64,000 nt of DNA from Bigelowiella natans CCMP2755 (taxonomy: Eukaryota > Protista > Cercozoa), in the NCBI GenBank assembly GCA_000320545.1, contig ADNK01002595.1:1-64000 (forward strand), read 5' to 3'. Numbering within the stretch: position 1 is the first letter of the stretch; the number at the start of each line of letters is the position of its first letter. Positions 26,257-45,859 of the stretch are shown here, one piece after another. A program made the translations under genes and the position numbers. The notes under the pieces were generated by a model. It ran no database searches, was not told where the DNA came from, and was given only the letters and a program-made list of their open reading frames with translations.

Positions 26257-27267
26257 ATGCCGTCCAAGATCACCACAAACGTGCAGCACGCTCTTCGCGA
26301 TACAGGCGCTGGCCGCTTCTTCTGCAATTTGTTTTCTTACATTGCCGGATTCACTCAATTGCTCTTTACGAAACCCGCTTATCTCGACCATTTTCTGAGG
26401 CCCTCGAAGCATGTGAAGTCTGTGAAGTATGGGACACACAGTTCGCAGTTCCTTGATGTTTTTCCATGTGAGTCAAAGTTGGGCAAAGATGCTCCTGTGA
26501 TAGCTTTTGTCCATGGCGGCGCATGGGGCTCTGGTCATCCATACATGTATCGCCTTCTCGGCGTTCGTCTTGCGATGGAAGGCTTTCATTGCATTCTCAT
26601 TGGCTACCGCACATACCCTTGTGCTGACATCCTTGGCCAGCTTGACGACGTGCAAGAAGCACTTTCGTACATTCGAAGAAGAATTGGTTTTGGCGAGCTA
26701 TCTTCAATTGGCAAAAATTCACAAATCTATCTCTCCGGGCATTCCAGCGGGGCACATGTGGTTGCACAGTGTGTTCTACAGAGAGCAAAAACTTTGGATT
26801 TTATCAAAGGGGTAATAGGCTTCGGTGGGGCTTATGACTTAAAGTCTCAATACGAATGTGAAAAGTCGAAAGATGTACATGAACTGAGTCCTCTCAAAGC
26901 TGCAAACAAGGGTGTGGAGAATTTCAATCGTTTCTCTCCTTTTGTAATTGCAAGCAATCTCAAATCCTTCACTGGTGCCGGTGCAGAAGATGATGGCAGC
27001 GAGCAGAAACAAGCAGTGTCAGTGCCTAAGTCCCACGAGCAGAAACAAGCTTTGTCAGTGCCTAAGTTTTTACTCCTACACGGGCTAAAAGATACAACGG
27101 TACCCCCGTCACAATCGGAGAACCTGATGGCCGCGTCCAAGGACAAGTTCCCTTGTGAGATGGAATTACTGGATGGAGTGGCTCATTCAGATATTGTAAC
27201 GGATATGTTTGACCTCGATAAAGAGATCAAGTACCTAGAGCGCATAAAAAAGTTTTGCAACATGTAA
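26257..27267 (+). CDS. Intronless alpha/beta hydrolase, isoprenylcysteine methylesterase (ICME)/BD-FAE-like
   Basis: Oxyanion motif FVHGGAWGSG, nucleophile GHSSGAH, acid LHGLKDTTV and His VAHSD. Contains a 36-bp tandem duplication (EQKQAVSVPK/EQKQALSVPK, 27001-27066). Confidence 0.9.
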   Translation: MPSKITTNVQHALRDTGAGRFFCNLFSYIAGFTQLLFTKPAYLDHFLRPSKHVKSVKYGTHSSQFLDVFPCESKLGKDAPVIAFVHGGAWGSGHPYMYRLLGVRLAMEGFHCILIGYRTYPCADILGQLDDVQEALSYIRRRIGFGELSSIGKNSQIYLSGHSSGAHVVAQCVLQRAKTLDFIKGVIGFGGAYDLKSQYECEKSKDVHELSPLKAANKGVENFNRFSPFVIASNLKSFTGAGAEDDGSEQKQAVSVPKSHEQKQALSVPKFLLLHGLKDTTVPPSQSENLMAASKDKFPCEMELLDGVAHSDIVTDMFDLDKEIKYLERIKKFCNM

Positions 27268-27338
27268 TAATGTCATATTGTTAAATTTACCAATTTAACG
27301 TAACCCCAGCTTTTCAAATGATGACATGATAGCTCTTT

Positions 27339-27392
<54 letters not shown>

Positions 27393-27910
27393 AAATATTA
27401 TATATGACGAGCGTGATTACCGATTGAAATAATTAAATGACGCTAACCGCAACTCATATGTAGCTAATATATGGCACAGCATGTGTAAGACGGATGCAAT
27501 GAATTAATTAAATTCGTTCAATGGTCACCCTCATGTAACTATGCAATACAGCGGCTATCGCGCTAATCTGTTAGTCTCCGCTACGATGTGTTTCATGCAG
27601 TCAAATGCATGTTGCTTGGGTCTTGAGTGGCGCGCATTTCACGCAGCAGTGCATGTTTCCTTCTCATCGCAAGTCAATCTTTATAGCATGTGCATGTGTA
27701 TGCACCGCAAGCAAGTCAAAATGCTTATGTTTGCATTAAGCGCTTGGCAATACAAAATATCTGCATACGTTTAGCTTTTAAGCCTATAGTCGTCTTATAG
27801 TAGATAGCTATTTAGAGCATGGGTGCGCTATACGTTGTATGACGTACATAAAGCAGCTATATACTGAGATATGGCCTTTGCTTAATTTTTCCTTGAAGAA
27901 TGTGTAGCGT

Positions 27911-27992
27911 AAACTATGGGCTGGTCGCCTACATCTAGATATAAAGCTGATTAAACTATGAGCTGGCCGCCTATATCTAGATATATAGCTGA
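27911..27992 (+). repeat. Two-copy tandem repeat, 42-bp period
   Basis: aaactatgggctggtcgcctacatctagatataaagctga and aaactatgagctggccgcctatatctagatatatagctga. Confidence 0.8.
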
Positions 27993-28016
27993 GCAGCTAT
28001 GTTATCATGTTTTATG

Positions 28017-28069
<53 letters not shown>

Positions 28070-28160
28070 TGCACAGCTACATCAGGATGACCATTGAAAA
28101 AATTTAATTCTTCATTACATCCGTCTCATATATATAAATTTAAACATTTCATCACATCCG

Positions 28161-28196
<36 letters not shown>

Positions 28197-28306
28197 AGAT
28201 TCTGTAGACTAACTATTCTCTACCTACTATCTATCTCTCTTGATACAACAGTTCCCTTTGGAACTTGTTTTATCCATAGAACTATGATGCTAAGCATGCA
28301 TATTCT

Positions 28307-28380
<74 letters not shown>

Positions 28381-28612
28381 TATATGGCAATCTATAGCTG
28401 CGCAATTCGCTGCGTACACGCTCGTACGCATCGTATGTGTCGCTGGGAAATTAGGGTAAGAAACATTCAAATTGAAAGCTTGCTATCTCTTGATAATTTA
28501 GCCGCTCTATGCATGTACCATGACTACGATATAATGCTGGGGTCGGTGAGTATATGTAAGTGATGATAAAGCGCTACCTACTACGGTATGGCACATACAA
28601 CTCGAATAATCT

Positions 28613-35610
<6,998 letters not shown>

Positions 35611-36190
35611 GGTTTCCGTTCTGAAGCCTGGGTGATGATCATGTCGCAGAGAGTAAATCCCTTTCATTTTAATATAATTTCCGTCAGAAACAGAAATGGA
35701 TTCAGGACAAAAATGTTGGGTCATTTTACGTACATGTTAACTGCTTCCAGAACTTCCGATATGCAAATGCTGTTTCACGTGAACAGAACTTGATTGTATA
35801 TAATTGCGACAAATAATATTGGTTGTCTTATTTGGAATATCAAAGGCTTTTTATGTATTCTAAACATTTGAATACGGTAGCTATCGACATCAAAAAAAGA
35901 AAAGACCAACGATACTAATCATTTTCATCGAATTGATTGCCTAGTGAGGAGATGAAGAAGGTAAAAAAATCCAACGACAACCCAATAGACTGTATCTCAA
36001 AGGTGAGTGTACTAGATTTTACTAGAAATTCCTGATTTTGGCGTAAAATGATCATCTGAAAATTCTTCACTGACAAGTTGAAACCGGTAGCTCGTGGCAC
36101 CATTTGTGGCAATCTGCCCCCCCAAAAAATTTCCAATGGAAATCACGAAGCAGGTACATATCTAAAATACGTAGGGGGGGTATCTGCCCA

Positions 36191-37005
36191 ATGATAGCCA
36201 GTCATCGCGTTTATGAACCAGAGCTGCAGAGCCCTCGAAGAAGTGGTGATTCATTCACTCATCGAAGAGAACGCAGCAGGCACCGTATCTCAACCTACGA
36301 ATATTTAAATGAAGATACAAAAAATGGATGTCTGCGGGATTCCCTTGGGGAATGGACCGTTAGGGCAAGGAATGGTCTGTATATTCGGTCAAAGCCAGAC
36401 ACGAAAGCAGAGTCAATCGGAATCTTAAAATATAAGGTGAACCCTCCCCATTCTGTTACAGTTACATCTCTCACCCAAAATTAATGGAGAAATTTAATTT
36501 CAGGAAGAGGTGACGGTGTACAAATGTGAGCAAGGATGGGTGAAACATTCAAGGGGTTGGTCTTTGATGCAGAATCGAAACAACTTGGTCGCATTAATCC
36601 AGAGGTACACATTGGGTTGTGACGAGAATTGAGGATTATTTAATTCGTTTTATTCTTCTACCTAGGCCAGAGAAGTTGAAGGAAGTAATAATTGACAGCT
36701 GCGGAAATAACAGGATAAATTTTGTCCATCTTCCAAATAATAACCGAAGAATAAAATCCTCCGCTGCTCCGAAGCAGCGCTCAACCTCAGTTTCATCAAT
36801 TTTTTCGCGGGGAAAGTCCTCCGTAACAGATATGAAGGAAACAGTGTCAAGACCAACACAAAATTCAAATTCATCTGAAAAGATTATTCCGAAAGTGATT
36901 CTTGGTTCTGGTGATGCTTCACCGAGGCGAAATACGACATGGATGTCTTCCTCCCCAGAAATGGAGCTCAGCTGTTACAATGATATCAAATTCCTTGTCT
37001 ATTAG
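36191..37005 (+). CDS. Small protein with an SH3b-like domain and a Ser-rich tail
   Basis: Spliced WTVRARNGLYIRSKPDTKAESIGILKYK|EEVTVYKCEQGWVKHSRGWS fits the SH3b pattern LxIRxxPxxxxxxIGxL...GWx+...GW; two short GT-AG introns. Confidence 0.65.
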
Positions 37006-37762
37006 GAAGCACATAGATTAGTTGGACCAGAATTTCAAGACTTGCAAATAATTAAATCCCCATGAAAAAATGATACGAGTGCACTACCGAATATGCCTTC
37101 AACAACGAAAAGTACTTAACATACATACGACACCGCGTGCATGAATCGAGTCGTTGCTTTCACAATAGACAATACGCTATGCACTTTACTGCATACATTG
37201 ATAAATAATTGCAGAAACAAACGAACACACACAATATAAACTAGTAAACGCTGTAGCCTCAGCATTGCTTAGCTACCTACATTATAAGTAGGTGACCATT
37301 GAAAAAAACATATGTTCATCACGCATACGAACGTGCACATTGTGGTACATCCAAGCGCCCATGTTACATTCACTGGCCGGCATGTGTACCCGTACGTGAC
37401 TTTCTGTTAGATCATCGATGATCGAACAACAACAATGGCATCCATGCTGCTAGCATGCGCTAGCTAGTGCGGTGCGCTTACTAGCTTGCATGCATCGATC
37501 GTCATAAGTAGCGCGCGCGCATGGATATGTACGATGCATAGCTTGCTAGCTTGTGCTTGCAAAGCTGCATTAGCGATGACAATTGGAAAATTTTAAAATG
37601 CACAATTCATCGTGATTACTTCAACATCCGCTAGCCCGTCTCATAAATGACCTACGATCTCGATGCTAAGTAAGCTATAGGCCTGATCGACATGTCGCAA
37701 AGCATTTGCTGACGCAACATACAGCTAGCAGAATGCTACAATTTGGGTGTTGTACATGCGGT

Positions 37763-37798
<36 letters not shown>

Positions 37799-37891
37799 CA
37801 CATGCATGTATGATAGCGCAACAATCATGTCATTTATTTCTGTTAGAATAGAATAAATTCATTTTCAAAATTGATCTTAATTGTAGTAAAT

Positions 37892-39084
37892 TTAGTATAA
37901 ACAAGGCTCTTGCACATTTGAATCATTATCTATCCTAGACCATTTGTTAACTACACTGCACTTTTCAAGCACGAAGGAGCTTTGCAGACGCAGTACTGAA
38001 TAACGTGCTTGGAGATGCACTCTAGACGTATTATCCCTCACCAAATCAAAAGAAGTCAACCGCGTCGCTCTAAGTATCGAGAATAATAAAGATATCATCC
38101 GATGCAACTATCAACGAAGTAGAAGATGAAAGGATAGAGCAAAGAACTGAGAAGAAGAATGGATGTAAATGATATCCGCAGCCTCGGTAATCGATAACTT
38201 TTTAGTTGTTCTCATCCACTACGAATGTAGTGTCTGAAGGTGTCCTAAGATTTTTTGTCTTCATTGGCTAAAGGTGTCTTTCTTCTTCAGTATACTTTAA
38301 AAAGAGGAAGGTTAGATTGGTATGAATCGCATAATACCAGATCCATTCGCAGCAACGTGCTTTAATTCTGGAATCAGCGAAATCGTTTGGGTTAGTGCCC
38401 CGAAACATGCCTCTTAGCCGTCGTCTTGGCTGATGATGTGCGAACAACGCATCGAAATTTGTCAAAAGCCTGCTGGGAGGGTATGTTACGTGTCCCTGCA
38501 CAGGATTGGAAACACGAAGAAGATATATATTCACAATGGGGTTCATATCTTTCTCTTTAATTCATGGAGTACTGCGATGTTTTTTTTACATCCCACAAAC
38601 AACATGGCGTTTATGCGATTAACTTTTTCTCATAAAAAAATATTTGTTTTTACCAGAGGACAAGTAGAAGCCACATCATAATCACTAAGAGGCCAGCAGC
38701 AACATGCCACAGTACCCCCGAATCGTGTTGTTGTGATACTGCTGCAGCTGCATTAGCCTGTGACGTTGATGCCAATCCAGACGTCAGCATCGCCATTCTA
38801 CTAGCTATCTGCGTTCTTCTGAGTGCAAGAGAAGATAATCCAGCTCCAGCACTCTGACGATCGACGAAGGCAGCAGCATTGAGCATTGAAAACGCGTACA
38901 TGTTAGGTGCTGTTACTGCTTCTGCTATCTGAGAACCGCCCCCTACGATCCCACACAGGCGTCTCCGTACCATCCTAGAGGCCCTTCGGTTAATTACAAC
39001 TTGTCTGACATCTCGGGATTGAGGGCGGAGGGATGAGGATGAGGGGGAGTGGAACGTTTGGGTCGGCCGTTCTTGGTCCTCCAT
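37892..39084 (-). CDS. Hypothetical membrane protein (spliced)
   Basis: Open frame from MEDQERP (39084) with a hydrophobic helix VLWHVAAGLLVIMMWLLLVL, and further open segments at 38340-38500 and 37892-38107. No family recognised; 3' end uncertain. Confidence 0.4.
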
Positions 39085-39980
39085 TGTGCGTGGGTGCCGT
39101 GGATTGTGTATAGATATAATCAACAAATATGCGTTGAATCTCTGCAGAAATCGATTGGATTTGGAGCACGATAAATTTGCAACTCCGAAGTTTAATATTT
39201 CGGTGATTCACGAAATTTTCTGACCTGTGAATCGTCAGAAATGTAATAATCTGTCCCGTTTCTCAAATGCGACTGAAGGACTCTCGACTTCACAGTTGCT
39301 TTCATCCTTACCGGTAGTCGCATCCTAGTCCTGCCGAAGCTCTCTCCTCTGGCGACGGGTTTTTTCTAGTATTGCACAATGGCACCTAGCATTCAAGCTG
39401 CAGTTGATTTTTCATGTACGACAACAAATTTAGTTCGCTACGACTAAAAATTTGAGCGTTTCTATACTAAGGCTAAATTCGAGCTTTCACCGAGGCAAAC
39501 AGACCCAAATTTTCTCAAATAACAATTTATATTTATGTCGTAATTAATAAACAGTATGATTTACCATTTAGTACCTATTCCATTTTTTCACTCTTAAGTC
39601 TGGAGATGATTTCTCGTGGAGTTGGTTTGCAGAAGAACACTCATCGCCTATCCCTGATAATCCAGTAAGGTACTTCTTTTGACAACCAAAGTATCCTCTA
39701 TACTTCTGTCCGAAACCCAAAATTGTGCGGCATCTATAACTTGCAATACCTTATTAGCTGTAAATGTCGGGATAGTTTTATGTACCCATTATCGTAAACA
39801 AAACTTTCGCATGTGTATGAGGAACAAGAATACCATAATTCGCCAAGGAAGTGAAACTACTCCGGAAACATTTCACAAGTTTTCGCAAAAGTGATTTTCA
39901 AACACCTGAAGGAGTCAATGTATACGATGAGACAAATAAGATAGATAATTTGCATCAGGCTGGATATCTTTCGATTAGGC

Positions 39981-40991
39981 ATGGAATCCCAAAACATCAG
40001 CAAACCCATGTTTTTTGAGGAACTACTATGTTTAATCGTCCCTCTCGCTCCTGTTTATGTGCAAGAATGGTTTCTCCTGACTGGAATTGGGCGAGTAGTT
40101 GTAAACTTCCTTACATGCCTAGCCGGTGTTATCAAGCTTGCAACGAAGAACATAAAGCTCCTCATGCACTTTATAAAGGGTCATGAGAAGAATAAATATG
40201 GAGTCAAATATGGATCACACAGCGCACAGCATATCGATGTCTACCCTTCCCAGTCTGCAAAAGGAGGCGAAAACAGACCAACAATTGTATTCGTGTTTGG
40301 AGGGGCTTGGGGCTCTGGGTTCCCGTACATGTATCGTCTACTCGGTCAGAGGATGGCCTTTGAAGGTTTCAATTGTATCGTAGTAGGATATCGTACATTT
40401 CCATGCGCAGACATTGTGGGACAGGTCAAGGATATCGCAACAGCACTGCAATTCATCCACCACAGCGTCGGTAGTAGCAACAACGGAGAGCTTTCGATGA
40501 TCTCCAAGTAATCTCCATTATATCTTTGCGCACATTCAAGCGGCGCCCATGTTGCTTCGCTTTGCTTGTTGTGGTACTCGAAGGAAATCCTCTTCTTGAG
40601 TGGATTCATAGGTTTGGCGGGTTGCTATCACCTTCGTGACCAGTATGAGGTTGAGAAAAAAAGAGGACTCCATGATATGGGGCCTATGAAGCTTGCAAAC
40701 CGGGGAATGGGTGAATTTGACGTACATTCGCCAGTCTTCCTACTTGAAAGTATCAAAGATACTACGAAAATAAGGATCCCGAAGCACCTTTTGATTCACG
40801 GAACATCAGATATCATGATACCAATTTCAGCCTCTCTCCGGTTTCAGAAAGCAGCTAATGGGAAGTTTCAGTGCAAGCTTGTTCCATTTGAAAACATGGG
40901 TCACCAGTGTATGGTTACACAATTTTTCAATTTTAACGAGCGGGTTAGACATTTGGACGCTATCAAGAAATTCTGTGGCGTCGTTGCTTGA
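39981..40991 (+). pseudogene. ICME-like hydrolase paralog interrupted by one in-frame TAA (40509-40511)
   Basis: ORFs 39981-40511 and 40566-40991 share a frame; MISK*SPLYLCAHSSGAH aligns with SIGKNSQIYLSGHSSGAH of the 26257 gene. Confidence 0.75.
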
Positions 40992-41887
40992 GTTGGAATG
41001 AGGGGTACTTCTAAACTTCTGGTGTTGCCAAAAGAGAAATCTACGCATTGTTCAGAGATTGCAGGCTTTGTAAAGAACAAGAAATCATTACAAATTGAGG
41101 ACAATTTTAATTCTGAGATTATTTTAAAAAAGATTAGAGTTTCAATTCGAGCTATGTAGCACTCACTCGATGGTCATCTCATATTTAGCTTACAAATATT
41201 GTTTTCCTCCAGCTAGCTACTACTCTAAAAGGATCCTACGTAACACACAAAGATATCTATATTTTTCAGCTTGAGCCCCGTGCTTTCTTCGAACCGTTCC
41301 GTCTAAGTAGAAGAATAGACACGTTCAAAATTAGTGTTGAACTATTCGTGAATATCCATGTTGATCAAACATCATAATTTATTTTCTTCTACGTCACGCT
41401 CGTCTTACATTCGGGCTGCTGTAGACCAAGCTGGTAGACTGTAGGGCCGTAAAGTATCGCACATACTTCAGGAAATGTACTATGCAGTCCGATTGACCCG
41501 CCAAGCATGCAACATTTGTTTCATGCATGTCTAGAAATCAACTACTGTTAGCGTGCTATCTAATGTAACGTCATCTACATTTAATGAACCTTGGTTGTAG
41601 AAGTTTAAGATGAAGCAACATTTAAACCACCGATGTAGTGCAGTGCATGATAGATCTGACATGTAAAGACGCATGCTGCAGCACACGCATGACGCGCTAG
41701 TATCTACCATGCTAACATGTGGTACAATGTATGTGACGACAATCTAGCATAGTGCAGGAGGATGGATGTGTTATATGCAGCAAATGCTCGCTCTGATGAA
41801 TTCGATTCCCGCAGGACGTTAGCAGCTATGCTAAACTATGCACCACAGCATCATTATACCGACTCTGTGAGCTAGAAATTGGTCGAA

Positions 41888-44131
41888 CTAAACTTGACGA
41901 TCCACGTCTGATCGATGAACTGCAACAAAGGAACTAGATAGATTTGAGCCTTCGTCAAAGTCATCATTTCCAACCTCGTCCTTAATGTCGTCATTAAGAC
42001 TAAAGTCTTCGATTAAAGGATCAACATTTACCTCAGAATATGCGCTACCCATCTCAACCTTCGCTTCTTGTTGCTCATCATTGTTACTTACATTGTCATT
42101 TCTTCTATTACGACCGTGCTTCCACACGACCCAACATATAGTTAAAGCTGAAACTATCAATATTACAGCGACAGCAATATCTAAAATGACGCTGGTTCCT
42201 TCTGAGGCGTGCTTCTTGCCATCGTCGTTATTTTCATCATTTTTTGGGGGGTTGGGATCAACTTTGGGATTAGGATCAAAAGGGGGGAGGGTCTCCTGAT
42301 TGAGTGCATTGATCTCATTTTCCAGTAGTTCAAAATCGAATAAGTCTGCATTTTGCTTCATATATTCAGTGTTCTTGGATGCTGTAACAAAGGCAATGCC
42401 TTGTTGTACAATATATTTTAAAGCTATTTGTGCTGGTGTTTTTTGGTATTTCTTTGCCAAAGATTTTGTCAGGTTTGTTCCTTCCGTAATCCTTGGATCT
42501 CCAGATGCAAGAGGAGAATACGCTTGAATAATGATACCCTTGGATTTATAGTATCGATAGTTTTCTTGAACTAAGGGATTCTTCCACATTCCCAAATGAA
42601 AGCCCACTTGATTCACCATTGGCGCTATCCTTTGCGTTTTCTCCAAACACTGCAAACACTGGATATTGTAGTTAGAAACGCCTATCGCACGTGATGAATT
42701 GCCATTCGATTCATACATCTCTTCCATCAATGTCCATTGTATTTGATTGAGGGTGCAGCTGCGACCTGTGCACCCACCGGGAGCAGGTCCGTGAAGCAGC
42801 ATCAGGTCAATTTCCGTTGTTCCTAATTGTATAAAGTCCTCTTCAATCCAGCTTCTCGTTGCATGTTTGCATTCCTCGATAGTAAGTTCCAAATTACATC
42901 CGGGTATTTTGGTCTCAAGAAAGTACAAATCTCTATCCATATCTGCAAGTGCTTTACCAACCCCAACCTGATTGTTGTAGACCTTTGCAGTATCAATTGC
43001 CGTGTAGCCTAGATTTAATGCACTGGTTACTGACTTTTCTGCTTCAATATTTGAAAAACCCCAGACACCTGTAGCGACTAGTGGCAACTCAACATTATTG
43101 TACAACTTCACTTTAGGGTTCGGAAGATCAAGGCATGTTGTTCCCTTAAAGTCCCATGCCTCAAAACGTGCAATCTCTTCTTCGGTCATATCAAAATCAA
43201 AGATATCAAGGTCGTCAATAATGTATTGTTTATTCAGGTAAGCAGCCGAAACCAAGGTGTAATTGTGTTGAATGATCCACCTCAGGGCCACCTGAGCTGC
43301 TGTCTTGTTATATTTTTGCCCGATTTCTTTCAGTTGCGGGTTTTTAAGTACTCTTCCACCATGAAGTGGCGAATATGCTTGCAGTATCATTCCTATCTCC
43401 CTTGAATATGTGTACAATCCATTAGGATTGGGATCTGTGCCTGGAAAAAATGGGATTTGGTTGACCATGGGTTGAACTTCCATAGGCCTCAGACACTTCA
43501 AATCCTTAATACAGTAGTTTGATACTCCAATTGCACGAGATTTTCCGTCGCGGTAAAATTCTTGCATTGCTTTCCATTGGGCTCTCATCCAAACACATCG
43601 GCGACCCCCTCCTCCCACGCCATAGTTACCGCCACTTTGAGGTGGCCAGTGGAGAAGGACCAAGTCAACATATTGAAGACTAAGTTCATTAAGATTCCTT
43701 TGAAGAAATCCTTTGGTCGATCTATAGCAAAAATCTGCGTTCAGTGGGTTTGGGCCTGCGCAGCCAGGAACCTTTGTTGTCAAGAAGTAGGAATCTCTTC
43801 TCCTCTCAGCAAGGGCAACTCCAATGTACCTTTGGTTAAAGTAAGTCATTGCTGTGTCAATATGGACGAGTCCATTGTCTAGAGCCAAATTGGTTCCTTC
43901 CGTTGCTTTCTCCTTTGCATTTCTACCCAATGGCATTCCAAGTGCTACCACTGGCATGACAACGTCATTGGAAAGAGTAACATTTGGCGAGATGGCTGCA
44001 TCGGATGTTTGAACAAGCGAGTGGAAGATAAATATTGTTAGAGGGTGTAGCAGCATCCTGAGAAAAACATACGCACGGGATTTAGACAAAACATTCTCTA
44101 GGCTCGACCGTGCACGCCAGCAAAGTCGCAT
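41888..44131 (-). CDS. Intronless tandem aldo-keto reductase with a signal peptide and a C-terminal TM anchor
   Basis: Two AKR domains (IDTAMTY..LTTKVP..LLHWP..RAIGVSNY..QAYSPL..AAQVALRW and IDTAKVY..LETKIP..LLHGP..RAIGVSNY..QAYSPL..PAQIALKY), a hydrophobic leader ending SDA, and TM VILDIAVAVILIVSALTICWVVW followed by KHGRNRR. Confidence 0.92.
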   Translation of the reverse strand: MRLCWRARSSLENVLSKSRAYVFLRMLLHPLTIFIFHSLVQTSDAAISPNVTLSNDVVMPVVALGMPLGRNAKEKATEGTNLALDNGLVHIDTAMTYFNQRYIGVALAERRRDSYFLTTKVPGCAGPNPLNADFCYRSTKGFLQRNLNELSLQYVDLVLLHWPPQSGGNYGVGGGGRRCVWMRAQWKAMQEFYRDGKSRAIGVSNYCIKDLKCLRPMEVQPMVNQIPFFPGTDPNPNGLYTYSREIGMILQAYSPLHGGRVLKNPQLKEIGQKYNKTAAQVALRWIIQHNYTLVSAAYLNKQYIIDDLDIFDFDMTEEEIARFEAWDFKGTTCLDLPNPKVKLYNNVELPLVATGVWGFSNIEAEKSVTSALNLGYTAIDTAKVYNNQVGVGKALADMDRDLYFLETKIPGCNLELTIEECKHATRSWIEEDFIQLGTTEIDLMLLHGPAPGGCTGRSCTLNQIQWTLMEEMYESNGNSSRAIGVSNYNIQCLQCLEKTQRIAPMVNQVGFHLGMWKNPLVQENYRYYKSKGIIIQAYSPLASGDPRITEGTNLTKSLAKKYQKTPAQIALKYIVQQGIAFVTASKNTEYMKQNADLFDFELLENEINALNQETLPPFDPNPKVDPNPPKNDENNDDGKKHASEGTSVILDIAVAVILIVSALTICWVVWKHGRNRRNDNVSNNDEQQEAKVEMGSAYSEVNVDPLIEDFSLNDDIKDEVGNDDFDEGSNLSSSFVAVHRSDVDRQV

Positions 44132-44410
44132 CACCTCATAACGCTGCCCAACAGAACGATATGATGATAGGACTTCTCGGGATGTGGGGCACCCTTTGGA
44201 GAGGAGCGTTTGTTGTTCGCAAACAGGTGATATTGGGCATGTCGCAGAGGATAATCGCAGGGCATTTTTATGTCAATTTGTGTCATGGACGGAAAATCAA
44301 ATCTTCGGTGCAGCACAAACTTTTTCGTTCATGCGAGTTGCCTGCTGTGGAACCGAAATAATGGCGTGACTTTGCCATTAGAAGAGCTGTTGGCTATTTC
44401 CTTGAAAGTT

Positions 44411-45821
44411 ATGGGTGATGACATTGTGGCTGTTATTCTCCTCCATGCAGTGAGCGTGATTTATGCATTTTCAGGAACTTTCTTGGGGCATTTCGTCCCA
44501 GGGATATGCCTTGGCTCTTTTGGGTTTGCAATGAATTGTGAAACGCTAGACACGAAAAACAATGATGCAGACCACCTCATCTGAAGATTTGGCCGTATCG
44601 CTGCGTGTATCATGTGTTATGTGTTCCACTAAATGCACGTTTATAACATTTATCTGATTTGACTATGAACAGAATCTATCATTTCATGCTAGAGATGATC
44701 TCCATGATACATGGATCTGGGCCCGACGAAGGTCGCCAACTCATCTCGCTACTGAGTGATCAAGTATATGTACACCATTATAATCCAGAAACAGGAGGTA
44801 TGGATTGGCTATTTACCAGAGATACATCAGTTGTTGCTATTACCGCCATTCTGGGGGTAATAGCATTATTTTTGCACATGAATCTGTGAAGAACAACGTG
44901 TTGAAAATAATGAAGGCGACCCTCACATTGTATGAGATACCAAATGTGACTAATCGAGTACCTTTCGTCAACGAGAATCGAAGTGAGAGCATAGAAGACG
45001 GTGACTATTGTTAACCGAAAACACTGAAACTTTGTCCATTCAGCCCCAACCAGAAATATTTGTCTCTTTTATATGAAGGTGCTCTTCACGCACTACTTTT
45101 TTTTGGTTTCACATTATTTGCAATGGCAAGTTTGGTAAAGAGCTTTTCAATATATATGGTAGAGATCATAAATATCATAAATGTTATTATCAGGCGGTAC
45201 GCTACGAACTGCTACCGAGATCATCAGGGACAACAGTTTTCAGCGTACTATCTGCGCAACCTACTTTACAGCATACTCTTGTCATATAATCGTTGCTTAT
45301 TCTCTAAGCTCAGCCAATGTCTCGGAGGATTTATATGGGTGATTCATGCCAAGCACAAGATAACCGAAGCTGCAAGGCTAGCGCATTACGTAAAAAAAAG
45401 ACTCCGAAACTAACTACAAGAAATATACATGACTCTTGTAAATATAAGATTATAGCTGGCATTTTCTTTTTGTGTGGAATCCTTGGGGCTTCGACTTTGA
45501 TAAGTTCAAGCAGGTATTCAAGTTATCCTTTCTACGTCCTAAGCAGAGTATGCAACTTTAGTCAAATATTCAACCAACCTTTATTTTATCCTATGCAGAA
45601 CATTAATAATTTGGACATTATTCGTATTTTGTTCTGAAGGTCAGGCATGTATTCACTTTCTGATAGAAATTTACACTTTTTCAATAAATTAGGATTATGG
45701 TTAGCCCTTATTGGAGCCCTACTTTTCGACTCTAAACATCCCCTAAAGTTAGGTGTAGACAAGAGCGTTACAGATTGGCAGGTAGTGTCAAAATATGTAT
45801 ATCTCATATCTTAATGTATGC

Positions 45822-45859
<38 letters not shown>

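Noticed and set aside
40509-40511. Alternative genetic code with TAA as a sense codon
   Set aside because: TAA ends other genes at the expected positions (692-694, 24030-24032, 27265-27267).
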